64,000 nucleotides of DNA from Acidobacteriota bacterium (GCA_018606725.1 JAGYID010000014.1:1895-65894), one strand, 5' to 3'. Positions 9,559 to 19,338 are shown, counted from the first letter of the stretch. Program-made: numbers and translations. Notes: generated from the sequence alone by a model not told the origin.

Positions 9559-10770
9559 GTGATTACGGGACTGGGGACGATCGGCCCCTGCGGACACGGG
9601 CGCGAGGCGCTGGCGGCGGCCCTCGCGGTGGGCAAGCCCGTGGTCACCGAGGTGGACCGCGGCGCCGGGATGCACCGCGGGGGTGGAGCGCGGCTCGCCG
9701 CGCTCGTCCGGGAGCGCGATCTCTCCCGCTGGGTTCCTCCCGCCGCCGCCCGGCGGATGAGCTTTCCGTCGAAGCTCGCCGTGGCTGCGGCGCGCATGGC
9801 CCTCGCCGAGGCCGGCATCGGCGCCACCGGCGCCGGCGACCCGCGCGTCGGCGTCTACCTCGCCACCACGTTCGGCTCGGGACTCTCCACGGAGCGGCTG
9901 CTGCGCCAGATCCTGCTCGAAGGGGCCGAAGCGGCGCAGCCTTTCCACTTTTCGGAGTGCGTCGCCAACGCCCCCGCCGCGCAGCTCGCCATCGCCGTCG
10001 GCGCGCACGGCCCCAACGTGACGCTGACCCAGCGCGAAGCGGGGCCGCTCCTCGCCGTCGCCCGCGGGGCCCAGGCGGTGCGCGAAGGGCGCGTCGACCT
10101 CGCGCTCGCCGGCGCCGTCGAGGAGGTCACCCCGCTGCTGCACGCGCTGCTCGACCGCTTCGGCGCGCTGGCCCGGAAGGAGGGCGCGCTCGCGGAATTG
10201 CCGCGACCGTTCGACCGGCGGCGCGACGGCTTCCTCGCGGGAGAGGGAGCGACCCTCATCGTCCTCGAGCGTGAGGACGCGGCGCGTTCGCGCGGCGCGC
10301 GGGCGCTGGCGCGGGTGGCGTGGAGCGGTGCCGCGTTCGACGCGACCGCGACCGTTTCCGACTGGGGCGATGGCCACGCGCCTCTCGCCGCGGCCCTGCG
10401 CGCGGGGCTCGACGAAGCGCCTGGTGGAGCGGCCGGCGTCGGCGCCGTCGTCTCCGGGGCTTCGGGGGCCCGGCGGGGCGACCGCCTCGAGGCGCGCGTC
10501 GTGCGCGCCGCCTGGGGCGAGATCCCGCTGCCTCCCGTCCTGGTGCCCAAAGCGGTCACCGGCGAGTACGGGGGCGGGATCATCGCCCCGGGGTTGCTCG
10601 CTCTCGAGGGAGCGCGTTTCGGTCCCACGCCGGGATTCGCGGAACCCGACCCCGAGGTCGGTATCACGCCCCACTGCGGCGGAGCGCACCCGATCCCGTC
10701 CCGCGTTCTGCTGACCGGGCTGGCGTCCGGCGGGGGGGCCGCGTGGCTCGTCCTGGAACGGGCATCGTGA
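9559..10770 (+). CDS. KS-like partner subunit (chain-length-factor/KS-beta-like beta-ketoacyl synthase family protein).
   Basis: GTG start 4 nt after the KS stop, indicating translational coupling. Thiolase-fold KS homology (VITGLGTIGPCG..., C-terminal VLLTGLASGGGAAWLVLE). Arrangement is typical of APE/type II PKS KS-CLF pairs. Confidence 0.7.
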   Translation: MITGLGTIGPCGHGREALAAALAVGKPVVTEVDRGAGMHRGGGARLAALVRERDLSRWVPPAAARRMSFPSKLAVAAARMALAEAGIGATGAGDPRVGVYLATTFGSGLSTERLLRQILLEGAEAAQPFHFSECVANAPAAQLAIAVGAHGPNVTLTQREAGPLLAVARGAQAVREGRVDLALAGAVEEVTPLLHALLDRFGALARKEGALAELPRPFDRRRDGFLAGEGATLIVLEREDAARSRGARALARVAWSGAAFDATATVSDWGDGHAPLAAALRAGLDEAPGGAAGVGAVVSGASGARRGDRLEARVVRAAWGEIPLPPVLVPKAVTGEYGGGIIAPGLLALEGARFGPTPGFAEPDPEVGITPHCGGAHPIPSRVLLTGLASGGGAAWLVLERAS

Positions 10771-11501
10771 GCGACACCCGGCGGGTGGCGCTGGTCACGG
10801 GCGGGAGCCGCGGCATCGGGCGCGCCATCGTGCGCGCGCTGGCCGGGGAGGGTTGGAGGGTCGCCTTCACCTGGCGCGAGCGCGAGGACGAGGCGCAACG
10901 CCTGGCCGGGGAGCTCGGCGACGCGGCGCGTCCCTTCCGGCTCGATCTCCTGGATCGAGCGCGCCCGGGGAGCCTCGTCGTCGAGGTCGAGGACCAGCTC
11001 GGGCCGATTGCCGGACTGGTGAACAACGCCGGGGTGCGGCGCGACGGGCTGCTCGCGGCGCTCCCCGACGACGCCTGGGACGCGATGCTCGACGCCAATC
11101 TCGGCGGCGCCTTCCGCTGCTGCCGCGCCGCGATCCCGCGCATGTTGCGCCGGCGGGCGGGCTCGATCGTCAACGTGTCCTCGCTGACCGCCGTGCACGG
11201 ACTCGCCGGCCAGACGGCCTATGGCGCGGCCAAGGCGGGCATCCTCGGCCTGACTCGTTCCCTGGCGCGGGAGATCGGCTCGCGCGGGATCCGGGTCAAC
11301 GCCGTGATCCCGGGCTTCGTGCCGACCGACATGGTCGCCGACCTGCCGCCCGAAAAGGTCACGGCGCTGCGCGCCGCCGAGGCGCTGCCGGGCGGCGTGA
11401 CCGCGGCCTCCGTCGCCGACGCGGTGGCGTTCCTGCTGTCGGACCGCGCGGCCTCCATCACCGGCCAGACCCTCGTCGTCGACGCCGGCATGACGGCGTA
11501 G
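10767..11501 (+). CDS. fabG: 3-oxoacyl-ACP reductase (FabG-type SDR ketoreductase).
   Basis: GTGA start overlaps the upstream stop. Rossmann motif VALVTGGSRGIGRAI, NNAG motif, catalytic Ser...YxxxK (TAYGAAKAG). Confidence 0.85.
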   Translation: MSDTRRVALVTGGSRGIGRAIVRALAGEGWRVAFTWREREDEAQRLAGELGDAARPFRLDLLDRARPGSLVVEVEDQLGPIAGLVNNAGVRRDGLLAALPDDAWDAMLDANLGGAFRCCRAAIPRMLRRRAGSIVNVSSLTAVHGLAGQTAYGAAKAGILGLTRSLAREIGSRGIRVNAVIPGFVPTDMVADLPPEKVTALRAAEALPGGVTAASVADAVAFLLSDRAASITGQTLVVDAGMTA

Positions 11502-11512
11502 GAGCGTGGCCG

Positions 11513-12691
11513 ATGTCGCCTGATGCCAGCAGCGCTGCACGCGACGGCCGCCTCGCCGCGCTGCTCCCCGCGGAGCTGATCCCGCTCTTCGACGAGCGGT
11601 TCGTCGGGTCGTGCACCCTGTTCGAGGAATACGTGCACCGGCTCGCGTTGCGGGTCGTCCGCAGCACCGGGATCGACGCCGCGGCGAGGCAGCCTGGCAC
11701 TCGCGGCGAGATCGCGGTGCGTGCCGGCCTGGACGCGGCCCGCGCAGAGGTCACGGTGGGCTGGCTCCTGGCCACGCTGGCGCTGACCGGTCGCGCGGCA
11801 CGCGCCGGCGACGGGCGCTTCCACATCCCGTCGGCGCTGCCGGATCTCGAACCCGAGGAGGTGGCCCGCGAGCAGGAACGCCACGATCCCTCCGCCCTGG
11901 CGTCCTACAGGATGGCGGACCTCGCGGCTGCGGCGTATCCGTCCGTCCTCCGCGGGACCGCGAGCGGCGAGGCGGCCCTGTTCGCGCCGGAACGGATCGG
12001 CGCGTGGTTCGAGTACTTCTCCAACGACAACGTCATCTATGCGATCAGCAACCGCATCGGAGCGATCGCGGCCGAGCGCGCGCTGCACGGCGACGGGGGG
12101 GCGGTCCTCGAGCTCGGGGGCGGACTGGGGAGCGGGACGGCGGCGGTGCTGGAGCGTCTCGCGGACGCGGGGCGGCTCCCCGCAGTCCGGTCTTACCGTC
12201 TCACGGAGATCGCGCCGTCATTCCTGCGCCGGGCCCAGCGGAGGCTCGCGGGGCGGTTCCCCGGCGTGCCGCTTTCCTTCGGACGTCTCGACATGGACCG
12301 GCCGTTCGGCGAGGCGGAGGTCGAGGCAGGTACGTTCGCGCTCGTGTACGGCGTCAACACCCTGCACGTCGCCCGCGACCTCGAGTTCACCCTCGCCGAG
12401 GTCCGGCGCGCCCTCGCACCGGGGGGGGCCCTCGTCCTGTCCGAGTGCGTCCGGCCGTTCCCCGACCGGCCGGTCTACATCGAGTTCCTGTTCAACCTGC
12501 TCGAGGCGTTCCGCGCCCCGCGGCTCGTCGAGCCGTGGCGCCCCAACGGCGGCTTCCTCACTCCCGAACAGTGGACCGCGGCCCTCGAAGCCTGCGGCTT
12601 CCGCGCGGTGACCGTCTATCCCGACATCGCGCGGATCCGCGAGGTCTGCCCCGCGTTCGTCGTGGCCGCGATCACGGCCACAGCCGCCTGA
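11513..12691 (+). CDS. Class I SAM-dependent methyltransferase.
   Basis: GGAG RBS 8 nt upstream. SAM-binding motif I VLELGGGLGSGT and post-I acidic residue. The 3' end overlaps the convergent acyltransferase gene. Confidence 0.7.
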   Translation: MSPDASSAARDGRLAALLPAELIPLFDERFVGSCTLFEEYVHRLALRVVRSTGIDAAARQPGTRGEIAVRAGLDAARAEVTVGWLLATLALTGRAARAGDGRFHIPSALPDLEPEEVAREQERHDPSALASYRMADLAAAAYPSVLRGTASGEAALFAPERIGAWFEYFSNDNVIYAISNRIGAIAAERALHGDGGAVLELGGGLGSGTAAVLERLADAGRLPAVRSYRLTEIAPSFLRRAQRRLAGRFPGVPLSFGRLDMDRPFGEAEVEAGTFALVYGVNTLHVARDLEFTLAEVRRALAPGGALVLSECVRPFPDRPVYIEFLFNLLEAFRAPRLVEPWRPNGGFLTPEQWTAALEACGFRAVTVYPDIARIREVCPAFVVAAITATAA

Positions 12692-13643
12692 AGCAGAACC
12701 ACTGGTGCGGCGCGCGGCGGATGGCCCACTCGATCTCGGCCGCCACCCGCCGCATGGTGGCCGTCAGATCCGCCGCCCGATCGTCGGTTCGCGGGGCGCG
12801 GATCGGCGGGCGGAAGACCACCCGGTAGCGCCGTCGTCCCTCGCGGAAGACGAAGACGGGCAGGAGCGGCGCATCGGCGGTCCGGGCGAGGGCGGCCGGG
12901 CCCGGCGGAAGCGGGAACGGCCTCCCGAACAGCGACGCGTCGATCGATTTCCCGCCCGCCCGCGGACGGTCCCCCTGCACGGCGACGATGTCTCCGCGGC
13001 GAAGCGCGTCGAGCAGCTCCATGCCCTGCAGCGGGTCGTCGTTCTGAAAGTGCATCGTGTACCGGGCCTGCGTGAACCCGGCCACCACGCTCCGGAGAAA
13101 CGCCTGCGCCTGCGCGTCGGCCTCGGGCTCGCGGACAAGATGAACGCGGCGAAGCTCCATCTGTGCCGGCACCATGGAGCCGACCTCGAAGTTCCCCAGG
13201 TGCGCCGTGACCAGCATGAAACCCCGGTCCAGCCGCGCCACCTCGTTCCAGTGCTCGATCGCCTCGGGGTCTATCTGGAACGACCGGTCCGTGATCAACC
13301 GTTCGTAGCGCTCGTTCAGGCACCATCCGAACGACCACATCGTCCTGCAGATGCGGCGCTGGCGCTCCCACCAGCCGCAGGGCCCGAGGACCGCCTCGAG
13401 GTTCGACGCGATGGCGGCGCGGATCTTTCGCAGGCAGACGAAGAAGAATGCCGTGAAGACGGCGGAGAGAATCCACAGGAACGGCGACGGAACCGCGCGA
13501 AGGATGAAGCGATGCAGGCGGTACCAGAAGACGCCGGTGATGTGGAACGGGCCGAGGATCCTCCAAGACCAGCCGCGTTCCGGTGCGTGGGGCGGTGTCG
13601 CCTCGGCAGGCGCAGCCACGGGGGCAGTTCGGGACTCGGCCAC
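12672..13643 (-). CDS. LpxL/HtrB-like lysophospholipid (lauroyl/myristoyl) acyltransferase.
   Basis: N-terminal membrane anchor, an LPLAT-type HxxxxD-like block (VTAHLGNFE), and family-typical length (323 aa). Such acyltransferases are standard in aryl polyene clusters. Confidence 0.7.
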   Translation of the reverse strand: MAESRTAPVAAPAEATPPHAPERGWSWRILGPFHITGVFWYRLHRFILRAVPSPFLWILSAVFTAFFFVCLRKIRAAIASNLEAVLGPCGWWERQRRICRTMWSFGWCLNERYERLITDRSFQIDPEAIEHWNEVARLDRGFMLVTAHLGNFEVGSMVPAQMELRRVHLVREPEADAQAQAFLRSVVAGFTQARYTMHFQNDDPLQGMELLDALRRGDIVAVQGDRPRAGGKSIDASLFGRPFPLPPGPAALARTADAPLLPVFVFREGRRRYRVVFRPPIRAPRTDDRAADLTATMRRVAAEIEWAIRRAPHQWFCFRRLWP

Positions 13644-13652
13644 GGGCGGATT

Positions 13653-14678
13653 CTACAGCGACACGCCTTCGAGCTCGACCAGCAGATCCGCCCGGCAGAG
13701 GTCGGCCTTCAGGTAGATGGCCGAGGTCGACGGATCGAGCCGCCGTGCGAGAGCGTCCCGGATCGCGGGGAAGTGCTCCGGAGAGCGGACGTAGGTCTTG
13801 AGCAGGCCGAAGCGGACGACGTCGTGGCGCCGCCGCCCGGAGCGCCCGACCGCCCCCTCGAGCAGGGCATCGACGTTGGTCAGCGACTCCTCGAGCTGGC
13901 CGAGCGGGTCGCCGCGGTGCACCGTCTCGTGACCGACGACGCTCCCCGTGCCGGACAGGAAGAGCGCCCGCCCCCAGCTCGCCGGCGCGAAGGTGCCGCG
14001 GGCGAAGGAGGGGCTCTTCGGACCGTACTCCGGCGGGTAGCGGTGCGCGCTGACCTGCCGCGGGTTCTCGACGTGGGTCCCCGGCTCGCGGCCGGCGGCG
14101 AAACAGACGATGAGCGCCTCGCCGACGGTGCCGACCGCCGAGGCCGCGGAGAAGTGCTGCTCGGCAGTCTCGCCGAAGCGCTCCTCGAAGCCGCGGGCGC
14201 GTCCGACGTTGAAGCGCTTGTAGCGCTCGACGCCGCGCTGGGTCTCGTTGATCTGCGGTACGTAGTTCCAGACGCGCTGCAGGCCGGGGTAGCCGCGCTC
14301 GTCGAGGAGGGCGAGCAGCTCGCGGTAGGTCTCGAACGCGTCCGCCTCGATGTCGTCGCCGACGCGACGGCTGCGACAGCCAAACAGCACGCGGCCGTCC
14401 TCGGCCCACGCCAGTTCGCCCCGGCGGAAACGCGCGGCGGGCGCCGGAGTGCCCCAGATCTCGAGCTGGGGCGCGCCGTCCAGGACGGAGTTCGGGACAT
14501 CGACGAAAGGATGATCGGCGTCGCGCAGCCCCGACGCCGGCCCGCCGTAGCGCACCGCCAACAGGACGCGGCCGCGCTCTTTGTCGAGTTCGGCCGCCAA
14601 CCGCCCGGCCGGACCGACCCGCAGAGTCAGCCCGGTCTCCCGTGCGCCGGGCGAAGTCTGGAGCGCAGGTGTCATCAT
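13653..14678 (-). CDS. FkbO/Hyg5/XanB2-family chorismatase-like protein with a C-terminal YjgF/RidA-like domain; a predicted hydroxybenzoate-forming enzyme.
   Basis: 341 aa, close to FkbO/XanB2 length. The C-terminal half (FSAASAVGT...LFLSGTGSV...) resembles the YjgF-like domain of chorismatases. Its position between the acyltransferase and the PHP gene inside a KS/CLF/ACP cluster parallels the xanthomonadin locus. Confidence 0.5.
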   Translation of the reverse strand: MMTPALQTSPGARETGLTLRVGPAGRLAAELDKERGRVLLAVRYGGPASGLRDADHPFVDVPNSVLDGAPQLEIWGTPAPAARFRRGELAWAEDGRVLFGCRSRRVGDDIEADAFETYRELLALLDERGYPGLQRVWNYVPQINETQRGVERYKRFNVGRARGFEERFGETAEQHFSAASAVGTVGEALIVCFAAGREPGTHVENPRQVSAHRYPPEYGPKSPSFARGTFAPASWGRALFLSGTGSVVGHETVHRGDPLGQLEESLTNVDALLEGAVGRSGRRRHDVVRFGLLKTYVRSPEHFPAIRDALARRLDPSTSAIYLKADLCRADLLVELEGVSL

Positions 14679-14687
14679 TATTGATTC

Positions 14688-15665
14688 CTAGCCTTCGGGC
14701 TCTTCCTGCGGGGCGGAAGGGGCGCAGGGTTCCGCGACGGTCCGGAGATCGGCGCTCCTCATGCTCCGCGAAACCACCTTGCTCAGCCCGCTCGTCCCGA
14801 AGTAGCTCAGAAGGCTCATGAAGAGCGGGACCCCCGCCAGGGAGATCGGCACGAAGGCTGCCGCCGCCAGATAGTTGACCGGCGTCATGCGGCGGCGTTC
14901 CGCGGGAATGCCGAGATGCCGGTAGTACCGGCCGACCATCCCGTACACCTGCCCCACCAGCCCGAGAAGGCCGATCTCGCGCCCCGCCACGAGACAGTTC
15001 CCCTCCGCCACGGAAGCGAGCCAGGCCCGCTTGTCATCGCCGGGCGCGAGCGTGACGTAGGCCCCGATCGGCCGCAGACCGTGCGCGTCGCTGCCGCCGA
15101 TTCCGAAACGGGTCAGCCCCATCCGCCGGCCATACTCAAGGATGCCGGCGGCAGCCCGGTTCTGATCGGGGGGCAGCGTGCCGTTCCCCATCTCCACGTG
15201 GGTGAACAGCTCCAGGATATCCTCCACGAACCGCATCGGACTCTTCTGCATGCGATAGCTCTGGAAAGGATGATTGAGGACGTGGACCAGATTCCGGGAG
15301 CGCAGGTACGGGACGAGCTCGTAGATGTTCCCCTTCACCCGATTCAGATCGTCGTGGGTCGCCTCGTCGACCCCGAGGACGTTCACGTGGGCCCACTGCC
15401 CGGTTTCCGGGAAGAAGGTCTCGACCTCCTCGCCGATGATCACGGTCGGCTCGAGATCGGGGCGCCTCGACAGGAGCTCGAGGGCTCCGTCGATGGTGTC
15501 GTGGTCGGTGATGGCGACATAGTCGCAGCCGACCTCCCGGCAGCGCTCGTAGACGCGCAGGGGGTCGTTGTAGGAGTCGCGCGCGCGAAGGAGCTTCAGA
15601 TGCCGGAAATTCGAGAAGGCGGTGTGGACGTGCAGGTCAACCTTCCGCAGAGGAGATCCGGTCAC
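14688..15665 (-). CDS. PHP-domain metal-dependent phosphoesterase.
   Basis: N-terminal DLHVHTAFS and ITDHD PHP motifs, with later GGSDAHG. Confidence 0.6.
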   Translation of the reverse strand: MTGSPLRKVDLHVHTAFSNFRHLKLLRARDSYNDPLRVYERCREVGCDYVAITDHDTIDGALELLSRRPDLEPTVIIGEEVETFFPETGQWAHVNVLGVDEATHDDLNRVKGNIYELVPYLRSRNLVHVLNHPFQSYRMQKSPMRFVEDILELFTHVEMGNGTLPPDQNRAAAGILEYGRRMGLTRFGIGGSDAHGLRPIGAYVTLAPGDDKRAWLASVAEGNCLVAGREIGLLGLVGQVYGMVGRYYRHLGIPAERRRMTPVNYLAAAAFVPISLAGVPLFMSLLSYFGTSGLSKVVSRSMRSADLRTVAEPCAPSAPQEEPEG

Positions 15666-15736
15666 GCGGCGTTCCCTCCAGCGCCGCGGCGGGTCGCGGC
15701 AAACGGCGGCATTCTATCATCCGGCGGGCGGTTACA

Positions 15737-16480
15737 ATGATTGCGACGATGAAGACTGCCGACAGCCCGGGCGCGGCCGCGCTGAACCGGCGCTTCTACG
15801 ATGCGCTCTGGGCCGACACTTACCTGATTCGGCCCGAGCGCTTCAACACCTGGCCGCTGGTCCGCGATCTGATGATCGCCGGTTCGCACCGCCTGGAGAT
15901 CGGGCCGGGCCTGCGGCCGCGCCTGCCGATCCCCGGCACCTGCTTCGTCGACATCAGCCGCGCCGCCCTCTCCCGGCTGGTCCGGCATGGCGGGTTGGCC
16001 ACGCAAGCCACCGCCGAGGCCTTGCCGTTTCCGGATGCGGCCTTCGATCTCGTCATGGCGATGGACATCATCGAGCACGCCGTCGACGACGAGCCGGTGT
16101 TCCGCGAGCTGGCGCGAGTGCTCCGGCCCGGCGGGGCGCTGGTGCTGTCTTCGCCGCTGCACCCGGACAAATGGACCAGCTTCGACGACGTGGTCGGGCA
16201 TCTTCGCCGCTACCAGCCTCGAGAGCTGCTGGCGAGGCTGGCAGGCCACGGGCTGACGCTGGAACGCAGCGCCGTCTACGGCATGCAGCTGCGCAGCCGG
16301 ATGCTGATCCGAATGGGAGCGTGGTGGCTCACGCGACGGAGAGAGCAGGCGATGCGCTGGTACAACCGCGTGCTCATGCCGATCGGACTGTTGTTCGAGA
16401 AACGCCTGCGGCTGGAGCCGGGAATGATCGACGCCACGCGCGTGGACGAGGTGCTGCTGGTCTGCCGGAAGAACTTTTAA
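15737..16480 (+). CDS. Class I SAM-dependent methyltransferase (Methyltransf_11-like).
   Basis: Motif I region LEIGPGLRP and Methyltransf_11-like core DLVMAMDIIEHAVDDEPVFRELARVLRPGGALVLS. Confidence 0.7.
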   Translation: MIATMKTADSPGAAALNRRFYDALWADTYLIRPERFNTWPLVRDLMIAGSHRLEIGPGLRPRLPIPGTCFVDISRAALSRLVRHGGLATQATAEALPFPDAAFDLVMAMDIIEHAVDDEPVFRELARVLRPGGALVLSSPLHPDKWTSFDDVVGHLRRYQPRELLARLAGHGLTLERSAVYGMQLRSRMLIRMGAWWLTRRREQAMRWYNRVLMPIGLLFEKRLRLEPGMIDATRVDEVLLVCRKNF

Positions 16481-17253
16481 CCACCCGCCTCCGACGACCG
16501 TTCCTCGAGCCTCGATCGCTCCGTCGGGTCCGCGAGGTCGAACAGGCCGTCGGGGATTTGCCGCTCCTCCATCTCGAGGAGCGTGACCTCGGTCCGGAGT
16601 CCGGAGCGGAGACGGTCGGTGATGACCAGCCGGCGGGCCACGGGCCGGGCCCCTTCCCTCCACTCGAGGAATTCCACGACGGACGAGGTCTTCCCGCTCG
16701 GCAGGAGGTATTCGGCGCGGACGGGCCTTTCCGTCGCGCGTCGCACGAAGTACCTGATCTTGGGATAGGGGGCGCGCTTGCTCCTGGCCGCCAGATCCAG
16801 GACGACGAGAGGCTCCCCGGCCTCCTCCGTCTCCGTGGCTCGCTCGATCCCATAGTCGCGCCCGTAGCGGATCCCGAGGACGTCATCGATCGACGCGCTC
16901 CCGCGCAGCCGTCGCGCCGGGCTCATCTTGATGGGCTTCCGGGCGCCGGGTGCCAGGAACCAGACGACGTCATCGAGCCTGAGAAGGTATTTCCCCGTCT
17001 CGTTCGGCCCCAGGAAGCGCACCAGGCTCTTCGCGTCGCCCGAGCGCCAGACCTCGATGTCCATCGGGCCGGGCCGCTGGTGAAGCGCATCGATCCGGAG
17101 GCGCGCCCGGAAGGACTCCGGGGCGAGGCTCGCGACGTCGCTCTTCCTGAGGATATCCGCGGCGGCTTCGGGCGTAATCACCGCGGCCGGCGCGGGCGCG
17201 GGCATCAGAGCGAGGACCGCGACGATGGCCGCGGACAGCCTCCCGCTAAACAT
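16477..17253 (-). CDS. LolA-like outer-membrane lipoprotein-sorting/carrier protein.
   Basis: Signal peptide MFSGRLSAAIVAVLALMPAPAPAAV. Beta-rich, about 250 aa. Start overlaps the stop of the upstream ABC permease, so it is the operon's last gene. LolA-like proteins are typical of APE export modules. Confidence 0.55.
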   Translation of the reverse strand: MFSGRLSAAIVAVLALMPAPAPAAVITPEAAADILRKSDVASLAPESFRARLRIDALHQRPGPMDIEVWRSGDAKSLVRFLGPNETGKYLLRLDDVVWFLAPGARKPIKMSPARRLRGSASIDDVLGIRYGRDYGIERATETEEAGEPLVVLDLAARSKRAPYPKIRYFVRRATERPVRAEYLLPSGKTSSVVEFLEWREGARPVARRLVITDRLRSGLRTEVTLLEMEERQIPDGLFDLADPTERSRLEERSSEAGG

Positions 17254-18487
17254 GCCGGAGCGCGTCCGCGATCCGGAGCCGGACGGACATCCCCACCGGC
17301 ACGGCGGCCGCAATGCCGAGAATCACCAGCATGAGCGCGACGGTGGCGGCGAAGTCGCCCGGCGCCGTCGCGAGCCGGAGCTCGATGCCACCCGTCGCTC
17401 CGGGCGGGGGTGGCATCTGGATCCCGAGACCGTTGATCGCGGCGACGAGGGCGATCCCGAGGAGGTCTCCGGCCAGCGCCCCAAGGAGCCCGAGCCACAG
17501 GGCCTCGAGCAGGATGATCGCCGCCACCTGTGCGCGGCTCGTCCCGATGGCGAGGAGCGTGCCGATTTCGCGGACGCGCTCCATGACGGACATCATGAGA
17601 GTGTTCGAGGTCGACAGACAGACGAGGACGAAGATGACCGATCCGAGAAACCAGAAGATACCGAGGTAGAGGGACTCCACCTGTCCGTAGAACGGCGCGC
17701 GCGTCTTCCAGTCCACGATCGCGAGGGACGGCTCCCGCCCGCGGAGGCGGCGGTCGAGCTCGGCCTGGACCTCCGGAGTCCGCGCTGTGTCGTCGAGCCC
17801 GATGACGAGCGACGTGATGTTCTGCGTGCCGAGGAGCCGTTGCGCGCTCGCGAGGTGCATCTTGACGATACGGGAATCGAGGTCCTGGAGCCCGGTCGTG
17901 ATCAGGCCGGCCACCCGGAGATCGAGCGCGTTCAACGTCCCGTCGGTCGTGATGCCGAGCAGCGTGAGCAGGTCCCCCGCCTCCGCGCCGAGGCTTCGCG
18001 CCAGGACCGTCCCGAGGAGGATCGCGTCCTCCCCGTCCGACGGTGGCGCGTCGGGCAGGCCCGTCCCCCCTCGGAGCTTCACCTCGAACCGCATGCGACG
18101 CTCGCGCCCGGGCTCGTTGGCCACGGCGATCACCGCGGCGGACCGCTCCCCCTTCGAGAGCATGCCGGTGAACTGCACGATGGCGCCGGCGGCCAGGACG
18201 TGCGGCATCGCCTCGATCCCGTTCCGCAGCTCCTGCCAATCCTGCATGCCGGGGATCCCCGGACGCTCGGCGGAGGACTCGCCCCCGGCGACGTCGCTTC
18301 GAGGCACGACCTCGAGCTGACCGATTCCGCCGTGGATGATCGCCTCGCGCAGCCCCTCGAAGGAAAACCGGATGAAGCCGGCGGTGAGGAGTGTGCCGAT
18401 CGTCCCCGCGGCGACGATCAGGAGCGAGAGCAGCGTCCGCCGGCGGTTCCGCGCCAGGTTCCGCAGGGCGATCACGGCGAACTTCAT
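17246..18487 (-). CDS. ABC transporter permease, FtsX/MacB/LolCE-like.
   Basis: N-terminal [33 protein letters not shown], a large periplasmic domain, then the C-terminal FtsX 4-TM bundle. ATGA overlap with the upstream ATPase. Confidence 0.75.
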   Translation of the reverse strand: MKFAVIALRNLARNRRRTLLSLLIVAAGTIGTLLTAGFIRFSFEGLREAIIHGGIGQLEVVPRSDVAGGESSAERPGIPGMQDWQELRNGIEAMPHVLAAGAIVQFTGMLSKGERSAAVIAVANEPGRERRMRFEVKLRGGTGLPDAPPSDGEDAILLGTVLARSLGAEAGDLLTLLGITTDGTLNALDLRVAGLITTGLQDLDSRIVKMHLASAQRLLGTQNITSLVIGLDDTARTPEVQAELDRRLRGREPSLAIVDWKTRAPFYGQVESLYLGIFWFLGSVIFVLVCLSTSNTLMMSVMERVREIGTLLAIGTSRAQVAAIILLEALWLGLLGALAGDLLGIALVAAINGLGIQMPPPPGATGGIELRLATAPGDFAATVALMLVILGIAAAVPVGMSVRLRIADALRHV

Positions 18488-19242
18488 CGAACCCCTCCCG
18501 GGCGGCGGGCGCCGGCGCCCTCGTCGGCGATGACGCGCCCGTCGAGGAGACGGATCCGCCGCGGCGATCTCTCGATGACGGCCGGGTCGTGGGTGGCGAT
18601 GAGGAACGTGGTGCCCCGCTCGGTGTTCGTCCGCGCCAGCAGGTCTACGATCTCCGCTCCGGTTGTCGAGTCGAGGTTCGCGGTGGGCTCGTCGGCGAGG
18701 ATGACGCGCGGGTCGTGAACGAGGCCGCGTGCGAGCGCGACGCGCTGCCGCTCCCCGCCCGAGAGCTGGTCGGGCCGCTGGTGCATGCGGCCGGCGAGAC
18801 CGACGGAGGCGAGCGCCTCCTCCGTCCGCCGCCGCCGCTCGGCCCGGCCGAGGCCGTCGATCCTCAACGGGTACTCGACGTTCTCGTAGGCGGTGAGCAC
18901 CGGGATGAGATTGAACGACTGGAACACGAACCCGACCTTGCGCCGGAGGAACAACGTCCTCTCGCCGGACGTCTGCCGGCCGAGGTCGCTCCCCTCGAAG
19001 AGCACGCTCCCGGAGTCCGGCCCGTCGAGGGCGCCGAGCAGGTTGAAGAGCGTCGTCTTGCCGCACCCCGAGGGCCCGGCGACCACCACGAACTCGCCCC
19101 TCGTGACGACCAGGTCGACGCCGCGGAGAGCCTCGATGGTGAAGGCGCCCAGCCGGTATCTCTTGCGAAGCCCGGACGCCTCGAAGATCGGCGGAGCCGA
19201 CTCGGGATCGAGGGGCCGGCGCGGTGCGTGGGGTTCGGACAT
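18484..19242 (-). CDS. ABC transporter ATP-binding protein (LolD/MacB-type).
   Basis: Walker [13 protein letters not shown] signature [14 protein letters not shown], Walker B ILADEPT, H-loop IATHD. Confidence 0.85.
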   Translation of the reverse strand: MSEPHAPRRPLDPESAPPIFEASGLRKRYRLGAFTIEALRGVDLVVTRGEFVVVAGPSGCGKTTLFNLLGALDGPDSGSVLFEGSDLGRQTSGERTLFLRRKVGFVFQSFNLIPVLTAYENVEYPLRIDGLGRAERRRRTEEALASVGLAGRMHQRPDQLSGGERQRVALARGLVHDPRVILADEPTANLDSTTGAEIVDLLARTNTERGTTFLIATHDPAVIERSPRRIRLLDGRVIADEGAGARRPGGVR

Positions 19243-19338
19243 GAACCTGGATTCTATCGAATCCCGGGCGGATTCGAACTTCGGCGGCCGGTTGATCGGG
19301 GCCCTGATAGAATTCCCTGGCCGCAAGGAGAATGCTTG

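Noticed and set aside
8250-11540. Minus-strand ORFs 8250..9827 and 9855..11540 (525 and 561 aa), and plus-strand alternative frames 8381..9562, 10320..11501 and 10853..12691 (N-terminal parts).
   Set aside because: They overlap well-supported KS/CLF/FabG/MT genes in other frames. The translations are Arg/Pro/Gly-rich with no motifs.
12705-14684. 659-aa plus-strand ORF antisense to the acyltransferase and chorismatase-like genes.
   Set aside because: Low-complexity translation. The minus-strand proteins have recognisable LPLAT and YjgF-like features.
15622-18718. Plus-strand ORFs 15622..17334 and 17225..18718, antisense to the methyltransferase, LolA-like and permease genes.
   Set aside because: GC-frame artefacts. 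The ABC permease and ATPase motifs unambiguously define the minus-strand genes.
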